A stretch of 64,000 nt of DNA from Basidiobolus meristosporus CBS 931.73 (taxonomy: Eukaryota; Fungi; Basidiobolomycota), in assembly GCA_002104905.1 (NCBI GenBank), contig MCFE01000012.1, positions 62,001 through 126,000 on the forward strand. Reading direction: 5' to 3'. Positions 38,059-49,033 of the stretch are shown in pieces; the first letter of the stretch is position 1, and each line of letters starts with the position of its first letter. The notes beneath the pieces are model-generated. The model did not search any database. It was given only the letters and a program-made list of their open reading frames with translations, and had not been told where the DNA came from. A program made the translations under genes and the position numbers.

Positions 38059-38362
38059 TCATGTACCATTCATACGAAGTCCATGATGCATATTAAAGAG
38101 TCGTTTATATTCCAACCATCTTGGTATTGCATCATATCCGCCGTAGTATTCTGGCCACAGAATACTAATCGAATCAAATGCATCCTTTGGTCCAATCCTC
38201 GGCTTGCATTAATGTCAAGTGATAATAATCCACGTGGATATCAATTTGTACCAACAAATAATGTTGTGCCGGATATTCCAAATACGTAGAATCTGTTCAA
38301 TGGCCCAAGTTGCTAAGGAATATGGCCTAGAGATCGAGGCTTCACCTGGCTACTTGCAGTCC

Positions 38363-38368
38363 TATAAA
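38363..38368 (+). promoter_or_regulatory. Putative TATA box for the CRAL-TRIO gene
   Basis: TATAAA about 50 bp upstream of ATG 38413. Confidence 0.3.
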
Positions 38369-38412
38369 GTTGAATAATTGTGTACTACTTGAACTGTTCA
38401 TTACCAATCAAG

Positions 38413-39729
38413 ATGACAAATATCGAAACTGTAGAGAGCACCACTGGCCATATGAAGCTATCCGCTGATGAATTAAAGAATTTGAGGCAGCTGTGGCTAG
38501 AACTACTACCACGAATGCGAGAGCATCCTCAGAACAGTATTTCTACTGAAGAGGGTAGTACTCTAGGGAATATAGAAAAAACTTTCTGGCGCTTTGTCTT
38601 ATATGACCATCCAGATTCTTTAATGTTGAAGTTTCTACGTGCACGTAAATTTGATACTTTGAAGGCACGCGATATGCTGCTTGGTGCATTAGAGTGGCGT
38701 ATAAAAGAAGATGTAGACAATATTGTAGAGAAAGGAGAAGCCTCTTTGAATCAATCCCTACTTCAAAATGGTCTGGCTCATTTCCGTGGACGGGATCGTG
38801 TCGGGCGTCCACTTTGGTAAGTTGAATTGGTATCTAATTGTGTTAATCACAGTTAATGGAAATTTCAAAGCATGGCATATGTACATCATTGGCATCCAAA
38901 AGCTCAGAGTTTGAACGACTTCAAACAATACATCATATGGACTTTGGAAACTGGGAGGCTATTGATTGAAACCAACAACGACGGTAAAATGTCTGCGATT
39001 ATAGACACTAGTGGCTTCAGCATGAGCAAAGTGGTAAGTGTTTTGATTTTCTGCTGTACATTCTACAAAACAACTATAACAAAGCCATTTGTATGATATT
39101 CACAAGGATCTTGCTGCAGCCCATTTTCTGGTCAACTGCATGGAAGCCTACTATCCTGAATGTCTGGGTAACCTGTACATTGTAGATGCACCCTGGGTAT
39201 TCTCAGGTAGGAAGTGGCAAGAATTTAAAAGAGGCCAAAGCCGAAGACAACTAAACATCCATATTACATCCAGGCTTTTGGAAAATGATATCGCCACTAC
39301 TTGATCCAGTGATCAAATCTAAAATCATTTTCTGTAAGCGAAAGGATTTGCGCCAGTATCTGAACCCTAAAGAAGTAATGAAGTGTATTGGTGGCGATGA
39401 CCCATACGAATACCAATACATCCCCCCGACGGCTGAAGAGCTAGCATCCGCACGCACCAGCCCATCCCCAGAAAAGCGGAAAGCGCAGCAAACATACTGG
39501 AGAGCTGCTGAGCGATTCGCAACTATTACTGAATCGTGGGCAATAGAGCCAAACAGGTTTGAGCAAGAAAGGGAAGAGGCGGCGCTTCAGTTCAAACAAG
39601 CCTGCATTGAGCTACAGCCTTTTGTTAGGGCATCAACATTTTATCACCGCATCGAAGAAATTTCGCAATACAGGTGAGTTGACCAATACCAACTGTAAAC
39701 CCTAACGTTCGCCAAGTCTTGTGCTTTGA
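38413..39729 (+). CDS. CRAL-TRIO/Sec14-family lipid-transfer protein (Csr1/Sfh2-like), multi-exon
   Basis: DHPDSLMLKFLRARKFD...MLLGALEWR, GRDRVGRPL, IIDTSGFSMSK and FLVNCMEAYYPECLGNLYIVDAPWVFSGFWKMISPLLDPVIKSKIIF. The last exon is uncertain. Confidence 0.88.
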
Positions 39730-40715
39730 TCGCTGCAACTCAACCCTACTGCGGAGGTGAGATAAATCGAGTAAAGAAATGTCATGATCAACTCAAAATA
39801 CTATATTTGATTAATCAACGTATTTATTTGAAAGCTTTATACTTGCTGCAAGTGTTTTTTATGCTAAAATTTTATACCATATGGCTATTTAATGTGCAAC
39901 GGACGCTCAATTGTATTAATCAGACATCAGATTTGCGTCTGTTGCTACTCTCGTATATGAGTGGCTGCCTCCTGTGGTCATGCCTCTTTGTCTTATCTCT
40001 GGATATTCAAATAGTGCTGGCATGAGACTCTTGGCATATCAGCTAGCCATCTGCTTCACGTTAGACACCGAGTTGTATTGTTGGCTATCATTACTGCAGG
40101 GTAGTCAAGTTGGATCGTTTACTAATGTGGCTGAGCGGCTAATTGGAGGCAAATACAAGATTTTCGATGCATCAAAATAATCTGTAGATATCCGGCTCCT
40201 CATGCAGATATATTATATTACAACTCTCGCTTTAGCCTGCTTTATTCACAGAGTCAAATACCCTTTATATTAGTGTTGACAACTTGAGCCCCTTGATACC
40301 AGAGCAACCTCTATTTCCCCGTGCTCGTGGAAGAAGCGATGAGATGAGTTGCTTAAAGTAATGTTTAATGCAGGCAAAGAAAGACGAATGGGAACTCGTT
40401 CTTCAAGGAGCTGTCTTCGTATCTAGATCCGGTTGACTATACATCTCAAATTCCCTTGTGAATACTACTATCATGCCACCTGTAGTGTCGTCTGGAGGGC
40501 TTACAATAACACCAATTCAATTTCTTTTCATTGTCAAATTGGGTAATTCCTACTTGGTTCATTGATTATATCATCATTTAAGGTGATGGAGGCAAATTAC
40601 ACAATATAAATTCTTGGCATAGGGATATTCCGTCCAGAAATTTATTTAAAGGCGCCTAGGAATAGATACCAACATCATAACATTATCTCCTATCTTCTCC
40701 TGTCACTTCTAAAGA

Positions 40716-41156
40716 ATGAGAACCTTCAGCACAGTTATGGCACCCATCAGAAGTGCTCTGTCCATTGAAAAATCCAAGGAGTATTCAAACCAACCTTTAT
40801 ACAAAGATCAATTCATCACAATCCAAAAGGACCATATCTCCGTCCACAGATATTACCCGCACGGGACGTCGCGTAAAATTTGGATAAAAGACATCAGCTC
40901 TTTAAACACATTGGATCGTATTAGTAATTCAACTTCGCATCAGATTTACGGCATCTGTTTGAAGCCTATCTGGTGGGCGTTAGATGTATCAAGAATTCGA
41001 GGAAGGTCATCTAAAGAACTAGTAATCCTCGGTGTCTATGATCATTGGATTCATGTAGGCACGTCAGTTGAGAGGCCTAGTGAAGCAGTCCCTCTTTTAC
41101 TTGGATTGATTGAGAAGACCAATGCTCGGAGGATCAGCAGCTCACGTCAAAGTTGA
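40716..41156 (+). CDS. Small conserved-looking hypothetical protein (possible PH-like beta fold), intronless
   Basis: 146-aa ATG-initiated ORF with alternating hydrophobic beta-strand patterns (LYKDQFITIQKDHISVHRYYP, IWWALD, IHVGTSVERP). The family assignment is from memory only. Confidence 0.6.
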   Translation: MRTFSTVMAPIRSALSIEKSKEYSNQPLYKDQFITIQKDHISVHRYYPHGTSRKIWIKDISSLNTLDRISNSTSHQIYGICLKPIWWALDVSRIRGRSSKELVILGVYDHWIHVGTSVERPSEAVPLLLGLIEKTNARRISSSRQS

Positions 41157-41580
41157 TCCGCCTGCTTCCATCGACCATCCGCCTCTCTTAACCATAAGAT
41201 TGTAACTATACTTGTGTACAAATTCTTCTGGTGGGTTCATCATGAAGTCACTGGCATTCTATCTAAGTAATAATAAACCTAGACTTGATCGAATTTATTA
41301 TAAAGCCATTGATTTGGGGCGTCTATATGGCGTGGTCAAACAAAATTGATCATTTGGAAGATTGGCCAGATAAAGGGATCTCATGAGGATATAAAGTTGA
41401 GGGGAATGGTATACTGATCTGCTAGGAAGCTCCTACTCAGCAAGAGTTCGGATTCTGCTTGCGATATGAACCTTGAAATTAATTGTATATCAGAGCTGGT
41501 GTATGCAACTCAGGAAATAGAAAACTGCGTCGAGGGTATGGGTGTATGATGCATTGGATTTGCTGTGCGAGACACCTTGC

Positions 41581-42925
41581 CTAACTGAACCACAAGAGCC
41601 TATCGTCTGAAATATGACCGGTCTTACTCTCATTTAGCTTGAGGTGAATGCTGAACTTTCCTCCATCCTCCAGAAGTTCGATTGTTGGCATTTCTAGATA
41701 GCACTCTCTGAATACGGTGGCATTAGGCATCAACTCGGTAAGATCCGCGGAATAGACGCCGAATGACTCAAAATAATTGCGCTGTAACTCGTAGAGAACG
41801 TTCAAGATATATCTTACTGAGTACTCGGGATCAACAATTTCTCGAGCAGTAGGGGAATCTAGAAACTCGACCGTGCCCCACCATTGAGGGTTCATCACGT
41901 CTCTATCTGGTGGTGAATTCCAGGTAAGATGGTATTTTTCAGGAAATACAATGTTGTCAATGAGATTTAGTAGGTATCTACGACGTCTTCCACGGCTGCC
42001 AGATGATTGATTCTCAGAGCCCGATGAAGGTGGCCACCCTGACCTATACAAGACAAATGAATAAGATGAACATGTACACAACTATTAGACTAGGGCCGCT
42101 TTACCGCATAAACTGGAAGTTCGAATATTGTGGATGTGACGTACCAGAGTCTCGTTTCCGACTGACATGTGACCAAGGGATTGCCCATTCTAAACTCCAA
42201 AGATTCCTTGGATGTTTTATTACATCATTTGTAACATCCAATACTTCATGAATAACTTGATCGGACGGCTGCTGAGAATCAGTCCTGTTTAAAATACCAA
42301 ATTGGAAGGCTTCGCCCAGAGTCTTCGCCGTTTCTATCCCACCGTCAGTTGGTGGTTTATTATAGTAAAGACTTCTGAAGGCTCCGATAGCATTCATCTG
42401 GATCCGCTGCAAGTTGTGGTTGTTTCTCTCCAGATCCAGAAACATCTCAAAGGTACTATCCAGAATTTCTAGCGAGACTCTCTTAGCAACACTAGTTTAC
42501 TAGAAGAACTAAATTAACTTTACCTCCTGAGTCCGGAATATGACTCAAATTGGCAACAATGAAAGGATCAAGTATTTCGGCAGCGACATAGATGAATCCC
42601 TCATCCCAAAGGATCTGAGGTTATTGTTATGTGATAAATATTTGGCAGTGGTGGTAAGGAATATGAGTGTCGACGCTACCTTTGCTCTGGTCCTGATCTT
42701 TACTGGGGACACAGGATTTACAGCAGCTCCTAAAATATTCTCGAAGTCATCAGTCCAAGGGGCTTTTTCCCATGCTGCATCATGGATGTTTCCATCAATA
42801 ATGGGCGGGACTGCTGCTTTAGCAACACCGTATCGTTTGACTTGTGGGATGTCACATAGCGCCACCACCAACTCACTTCCTGTTAAGAAAGCCAAAAAGC
42901 TTGTATAAAAAAAAGCTTGCAACAT
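41581..42925 (-). CDS. Secreted carbohydrate-binding family 9-like (CBM9/DOMON-like) protein, 4 exons
   Basis: Signal peptide MLQAFFYTSFLAFLTG, PIIDGNIHDAAWEKAPWTDDFENI...RTRAKILWDEGFIYVAAEI, TFEMFLD, IQMNAIG, WSLEWAIPW, WNSP...MNPQWWGTVEF and DPEYSVRYIL...LQRNYFESFGVY. Confidence 0.8.
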
Positions 42926-44787
42926 ATCAATCTGATAGTGTTGATGTATTGTTTCTATTTGGATCGAAGCCACCTTCGAGGGGAGTTTGGAAGAGACAAG
43001 ATTTTTAGTTGTTGCTGAAGCGCTATCAGAGAAACCCTCTTTTAAAGGAAGATATACTCACCTAATGTTCAATTAAAGATCACTCTTTTACAAAGGCAAG
43101 GAAGAAATCTTTACAATAATATTCAGGATGAAAAATAGAAGGGGACAGAGGTTGGAATCAAGGAGTATGCGGTTTCTCAATGATTATCAGTGCCACTATA
43201 TTGCGACTTTGAGCCCAAAGAATGGAAAATTCGAAGAACATACATGTACAGTTGTAGAGTAATACTCCGACCACCCATGCCAATAGATATACCACGGAGA
43301 ACTTCTTTGAATTTCCGATGAAGCAGTCACATGCGGGTTTTGAACACAATCCCATTCTGCATGGGAAAGCATAGAAGTACACCAACACCAGGCAGATTAG
43401 CTTCCATTTTTAGGAGATCTTTATATCACACAACATAGTAACTTTTAGGGTCTAATAATTCAGGGATTAACAATGAAACTAGCCATAATTCATACTACCA
43501 GCTGATGTATATCTACTAGTAAAAGCCCCCAGATGCAACTAGAGCCCGATGATTTCATTGACATATGCTACCCCTTGAAGCTCTAATTTGCCTCCTGGAT
43601 AACTTCACTACACTACGAAGAGAGGGTTGGTTGACTCTTACCCTGCTTTAGTCTGAATGAGAAGAAGTTCTGATGCAAGTATAAAAATATATATCCACCA
43701 TTTGGTTTCTCATATTGCATGTAGTACGCAGACATAATTATTGTCCAAAAGTGTGGAAAAGGATATAGTAATTGTCCAGAGTCCGTAATCATAAGGTTAA
43801 GCTCCCTCCAGGAGAATCTCAAAGTAATTCCAGACTCTGGCCACATTATCAGTGCAAATATGGGCACTATGGTGTTTTTTGAAAACAATATTATTTCATA
43901 CCAGAAATGTCTACCCAGCATGCTACTGATATTGCGCTTCCAAGCCCCATTATTGTTTAAGCCAATATTACTTTCTTGGCGTCCAATTATCAGAATGCTG
44001 ATCATAAGCCAAGTATTTAACGAACCCAACTGTACATTACACAACCAATTTGTGCAAAGCTATACAGCTTGATAGACTGGAAGAGGTGCCTGAGAGGTAC
44101 CTAAACCTAAACAACTTGACAGCCTAGCCAAGGTTCTCGCGCTATGCTATTTTCTGTTAAGATGTAACCCCAGAATGATATAGCATCGCACAATAACATT
44201 TGTCATGTCTTCCTAATTTGATTTCTCTTTTTTGTCTACTACAACAAAAACATGGTATCGAATCACCCCATACTGCTATTGATTGACATCCTTTCTCTTG
44301 TGGCAGACTACCGCTTTGTCGACTAACGGAATAACTGCCCAAAGATGTACTCTCCACCACTTTCACACATTGATTCCGTGGCAGCGACAAGTTGAGTCAA
44401 AGTTTATAGCAAGTATGGAATAATATAAGCCAACGGCAATCATAAAGGCAAGAGAATTGCCATTTTGCAGTTGATGCAACTAAACTTTACTCACTGAACT
44501 TGCCTGAAGCCTATAGATCTGACACAAGCCAAGTTCGTGACCAGTCAATCCACTGAGATTAGCTGAGGAGAAACATACATTGGCAATCATGCACATTTGC
44601 AGCATATAAGCCAAAGACAGGTTTCAAACAAGTTAATGCGTGGGAAAGATGCTTGTCACCACTCCCGTAGCCATCAATCGGTATATCTACCGCATTTTGA
44701 ATTGACGAGAAAGAGATTCAACCATAATGTATTGATCGAAATTGGGAGCATAGCAGCTGGGCACTGGCCTATAATCAAACAGGGCCC

Positions 44788-45186
44788 ATGATCCATCACT
44801 TCAAAGCAGAAGGCCGATCTTTTCCAACTTCAACTCTATTTCAAACCTGGCGGGGATCAAGTGGGAAACTGATTGGACGATGGCAATCTTCGAAACATCG
44901 TTATCTCTAAATCAAGATGACTTGCCGTAATCCACTATGCAATAATGCTTCAGATCCTCATGACCCAAAACTACTCGAACACCCATTTCCAGTACCTGAT
45001 CACATGTGCAAGGAATTTGGGTGGGAATTTTTGGAGTTGATCAGATGCGCAAAAATAGCAGCCCACACTGATTTCAGTGATATTGCAACAGGCAAGCAGC
45101 CTTGGCTCGTTGAGTTATATCTCATGCGCACACTGCTGACCACTCCTGGGATCATGGAGCTTCGTTTCAGCGTGATTATCAGGTAA
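44788..45186 (+). pseudogene. Possible disrupted gene fragment of unknown family
   Basis: The frame from ATG 44788 runs about 130 codons with a single in-frame TAA and ends at a strong AG/GTAAGT donor at ~45183. No productive downstream exon was found. Confidence 0.25.
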
Positions 45187-46776
45187 GTGGGTTCTTGCCA
45201 ATCTATATTTATTCACTGTACATTGGTGTGGCACTTTAAGTGTAGGGGATCTTGATTGATAGGGCTCATCAATGATGGTTTCACAGGTGTACTGTTGGTT
45301 CAATATCAGTCACCTAGTATCATATTAGAATTCTACAGCAGCTCAGATACTTTGTTCTCACATTTTCTGCATTCAGGTGGCAACCCAAATCAAATTGAAC
45401 CTGTATCGGATCAAATCTTTTAATCTCAATCAAGCCCATTTAGATATTCACTCTCCTCTCCATCTGTACCGATACAAAATCTCCGAAAACGACGGAGAGT
45501 CTTAGCAAGTTTTAGTAGATAGAGGGCACCATGCAGAGCTTGTTTGGAATCAGCCAGCTTCATTTCATCAATCTCTCTGATGAGATAGAACCTTCGCCCG
45601 CCACTCTACGATGTCACCCGTATGTCCAGTGTGGACAGAGACTTGCAATGGTCGAGGTAGCAATGGATGCATATGTGAGGTGTAAGGGCCAAATCCATTG
45701 TAATCTTTATATTGGCGATCAGCTCCTAACACCACTATCGCCTAATAGAGTCAAACCGAAATGAAGTTATCACGAGCAAACGTTTGAAATCTAGCTACCA
45801 TTTTAAGATACTAGGGAATTCTCACAAGTAGCATATTATATGGATCTTGGAGATGTATCAAGGCACTTGGACAATTTGGCAGCCGGCCTATGGTAGCTCT
45901 CCAGGCTTACTTTTGTGATTGTGAGAACTGATTCTGATTCGGCTTGGAGATAGACTAACGATTGTATAACAAATGCCCATGCGACTACATGGCAATACTC
46001 TAATATTGATCGGCGGGAAATACCGTCAATTAAACCAGGCGCGGTGATTCCGAAATCACCCAAAATACGCACATTGAGCTGCCTTCTCCCTAAGCGCAGG
46101 ACACCTAGATGACCACTCTCGTTGCATCAATAGAGACACAACCAAAAGCCATCGTTGCACATCATGCTTCCGCTTTCTTTGGGGTGCTGTAGAGACTAAT
46201 CAGTCTGTCGCTTCTTCCCACAGTCTTAATACTGGCTAGCTCCATACACCACATCCCCATAAATTTTAGTTACCGTTTAAAAACCCTGGAATAAACCTGA
46301 AAACGGGATCACGCTGGAATTATACTATTGTCTTGAAATATCTATTAAGGATCCGAAATAGACTAGAATTAGACACAGTGTATGTGGGAAAATTCATACA
46401 ATCCTCCTGAGCAAGTTCAATTCATATTGCCATATATGGGTGTCACTTGTTGGGTTCGGTGGAAGAGTAACTCTGATCATTATCTAGCCTATAGCAAGAT
46501 ATTTACCCTCACATACTTCCATCGCACGCCAATCCCGAGCGCGAGAGACGGAAATGGCATACCATATTGAAATCTTAATCATTTGACCATCGGCCACTAT
46601 CTGCCCAATCTTTGTTTGGCAAATAATCTGTTTCGGCTCGTTTTAGTAATGCCAAGTATATTTGATGAGCGGAACATGATATTTTTGTTTTCGGCGTGTT
46701 TCTTCGACTCAGTGGCTCCGAATACGCTCTCCAATCACGTTTCCAAGAGGCCGTATACGAAACGAGCACCCACGGT

Positions 46777-46783
46777 TATAAAA
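46777..46783 (+). promoter_or_regulatory. Putative TATA box for the CSL gene
   Basis: TATAAAA about 190 bp upstream of ATG 46973, followed by a pyrimidine-rich leader. Confidence 0.4.
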
Positions 46784-46972
46784 AGGCCAGCCTGGATGGT
46801 GGAAAAATGATTGTCTTTTTGAAAATTTCCCTTATCTATATTTGTTGATTGTCCCATCAACTGCTTCAGCTTTACTCCCTAGGCATCTTTTGCTCTTTAT
46901 TCTTCAAGCCCTTCGTCTGACAGAGTTTAGCGTGGTGCATGTCATAATATTCTCTGTAAAGTATTGTATAAA

Positions 46973-49033
46973 ATGAGTCATTCCAATATCTCTACTGAGC
47001 ATCCTCAAAACCGCCCGCTCGATCCACAATACCACTACACCTATCCAAATTCTCAGTCTTCAGTTAGTTCTCATAAGCCCACTATTTACTCACAATCCAT
47101 TCAACAGCCTCACATTATACAGCTACCTGCGTATCAAGACCATAGATTTCCACAGTTTATAAATAACAGCATGGAGTCGCTATTATCTGCCATTGATCAT
47201 CATGTGCCCATCCCCATGCAGTCTTCAGCGGCCATGAATGAAAGCAACAGCCCATTTAAACCCATCATTTCGAAGGCTTCTCTACCCACCTCTAGCGGAG
47301 AAGTGGCTCCCGCCCATGAATTCTCCAGCTCTCTTCCTGAACGTTCTATATCTACTACAATGTCTATATCTGCCATAGTGGATAACTCTTCCCAGTCAAG
47401 CTCAGAGGACCACAAACATAGGAGGAGTCTATCAATCTCATCTATTCTTTCTTCTACTCCTTCGGTGTCCTTGCCGACCACTTATTCAAATAGCCAGAGC
47501 CTTGGAGCACATAGCATGTCGCCTGTCACCTCTCCTATCGACGCTCACTATAGTGAGATTGAGGGTTCTCGCAAGCGCAAAGCCTCCTACAGTTACGAGG
47601 AAAACCACATGGATCAGCGAATGAAAATCCGAAAGAAGATTGGGGATCGCATTTTGCCAGTCGAGAAGTACGGTGCAAAGTGCCCCCAGGCGTTCTTATC
47701 CAACATGACGCGGATCACCTGCTGGCATGCGTCTGTAGCTCAAAAATCGTATGGCACCGAGAAGCGGTTTCTTTGCCCCCCACCTGTGGTGTCCATCCAC
47801 GGGTCAAGCTCCGCGGAGAAACCACAAATTAGTATGTCGGTCATTTGCGAGGCTGGAGCCGGATCAGGCCAACTCGAACAGAAGGCGATGCTGGATGAAA
47901 ACAACAGCGGTACTTTCAAGTACCTTCACGTCAGTGGCACCGCCAAAGCGAAACAATTTGCATTGAAGCTCAAGGTCTTCAACCACAAGAATCCCATTCC
48001 GCATGCAACCTTCGACTCTGCACCAGTGTCGATTATCTCGAAGCCTTCGAAGAAAACATCGAAAACAAGAAATGTCTCATCATGCATTTTTTCCGGGTCA
48101 ACTATTTCCCTGTTCAATCGAATCAATTCTCAGACTGTGAGGACCAAGTATATGGGGATTGAGTCGGGGATGCTCTGCGCCAAAAACTCTACATGGTCTG
48201 CTTTTACCATCTCACTAGTCAACTCTCCAAGAGGCGAAACAACAAGGCCGTCGCTCAACTCGCCTATCACTTATGGATCACAAATTGTAATCACTGACAC
48301 CATTACCGGATTTTGCTCCGATCCATTGATTATCCGCAAAGTAGAAAAAGGGAAAATAGCCCAAAATGCAACCGGTCCAGTAAGCCAGATGCAGAAAATT
48401 GCCCTACAGAAACTAGATGACACTGATTCTGGAGTCATGATGTATCTATCTGCTTCTAACTCTACCAGCGATCAACACGACGGTGGATCCAACCCATTTC
48501 TATCTTACAAACGAGCGAAGGTTCAATCGCAAGGGAGCGACTCTCATGACTCGTCGGGATTGATTGAAGAGGTGGATGACTATCTTTCATGGACAATCGT
48601 AGGTATCTCAAAATTTGAGTATACTTATTTGGAAAGTCTAGGTCCCACCACTCGCCCTATCACCCCATTTCCGTCTTTGAGTTGCTCACCAATCTACAAA
48701 CCGAACACAAACACTTTGGAGCTCACCATCCGACATTTCCACGCCCACGACCAGCCACTTGAGGTATGGCTTGGTAATCATGGGCCGCTGGATATCCGGG
48801 TCATTTGGCCTTCCGTAGGCTCAGTTGTTATGAAAGGACACGAAACCGTATTAGTAGCGCACCTTCCGAAGCACGAGGAGCTATTCGATCAGAATTATGG
48901 GAATGCGCATGATCACTCCATCGAGCTTCCATTACTTTTCGTACGAGATGATGGCCTTGTATATAATGTATGTCAGACTCTCCGCTACGAACAGGAGCAG
49001 GCAGGTCGATCCAAATGTGTCAAAGTACTATAA
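46973..49033 (+). CDS. Fungal CSL (CBF1/RBP-J/Su(H)/LAG-1) transcription factor, intronless
   Basis: Low-complexity Ser/Pro N-terminus, then the LAG1 DNA-binding domain CWHASVAQKSYGTEKRFLCPPPVV, FKYLHVSGTAK and IISKPSKKT, and the beta-trefoil domain ISLFNRINSQTVRTKY, ITYGSQIVI, LIIRKVEK, GPVSQMQKIAL and WTIVGISK. Confidence 0.93.
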   Translation: MSHSNISTEHPQNRPLDPQYHYTYPNSQSSVSSHKPTIYSQSIQQPHIIQLPAYQDHRFPQFINNSMESLLSAIDHHVPIPMQSSAAMNESNSPFKPIISKASLPTSSGEVAPAHEFSSSLPERSISTTMSISAIVDNSSQSSSEDHKHRRSLSISSILSSTPSVSLPTTYSNSQSLGAHSMSPVTSPIDAHYSEIEGSRKRKASYSYEENHMDQRMKIRKKIGDRILPVEKYGAKCPQAFLSNMTRITCWHASVAQKSYGTEKRFLCPPPVVSIHGSSSAEKPQISMSVICEAGAGSGQLEQKAMLDENNSGTFKYLHVSGTAKAKQFALKLKVFNHKNPIPHATFDSAPVSIISKPSKKTSKTRNVSSCIFSGSTISLFNRINSQTVRTKYMGIESGMLCAKNSTWSAFTISLVNSPRGETTRPSLNSPITYGSQIVITDTITGFCSDPLIIRKVEKGKIAQNATGPVSQMQKIALQKLDDTDSGVMMYLSASNSTSDQHDGGSNPFLSYKRAKVQSQGSDSHDSSGLIEEVDDYLSWTIVGISKFEYTYLESLGPTTRPITPFPSLSCSPIYKPNTNTLELTIRHFHAHDQPLEVWLGNHGPLDIRVIWPSVGSVVMKGHETVLVAHLPKHEELFDQNYGNAHDHSIELPLLFVRDDGLVYNVCQTLRYEQEQAGRSKCVKVL

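Noticed and set aside
43613-44072. Overlapping 143-aa and 70-aa ORFs
   Set aside because: Non-ATG or weak starts, no domain-like pattern in either strand, and consistent with chance ORFs.
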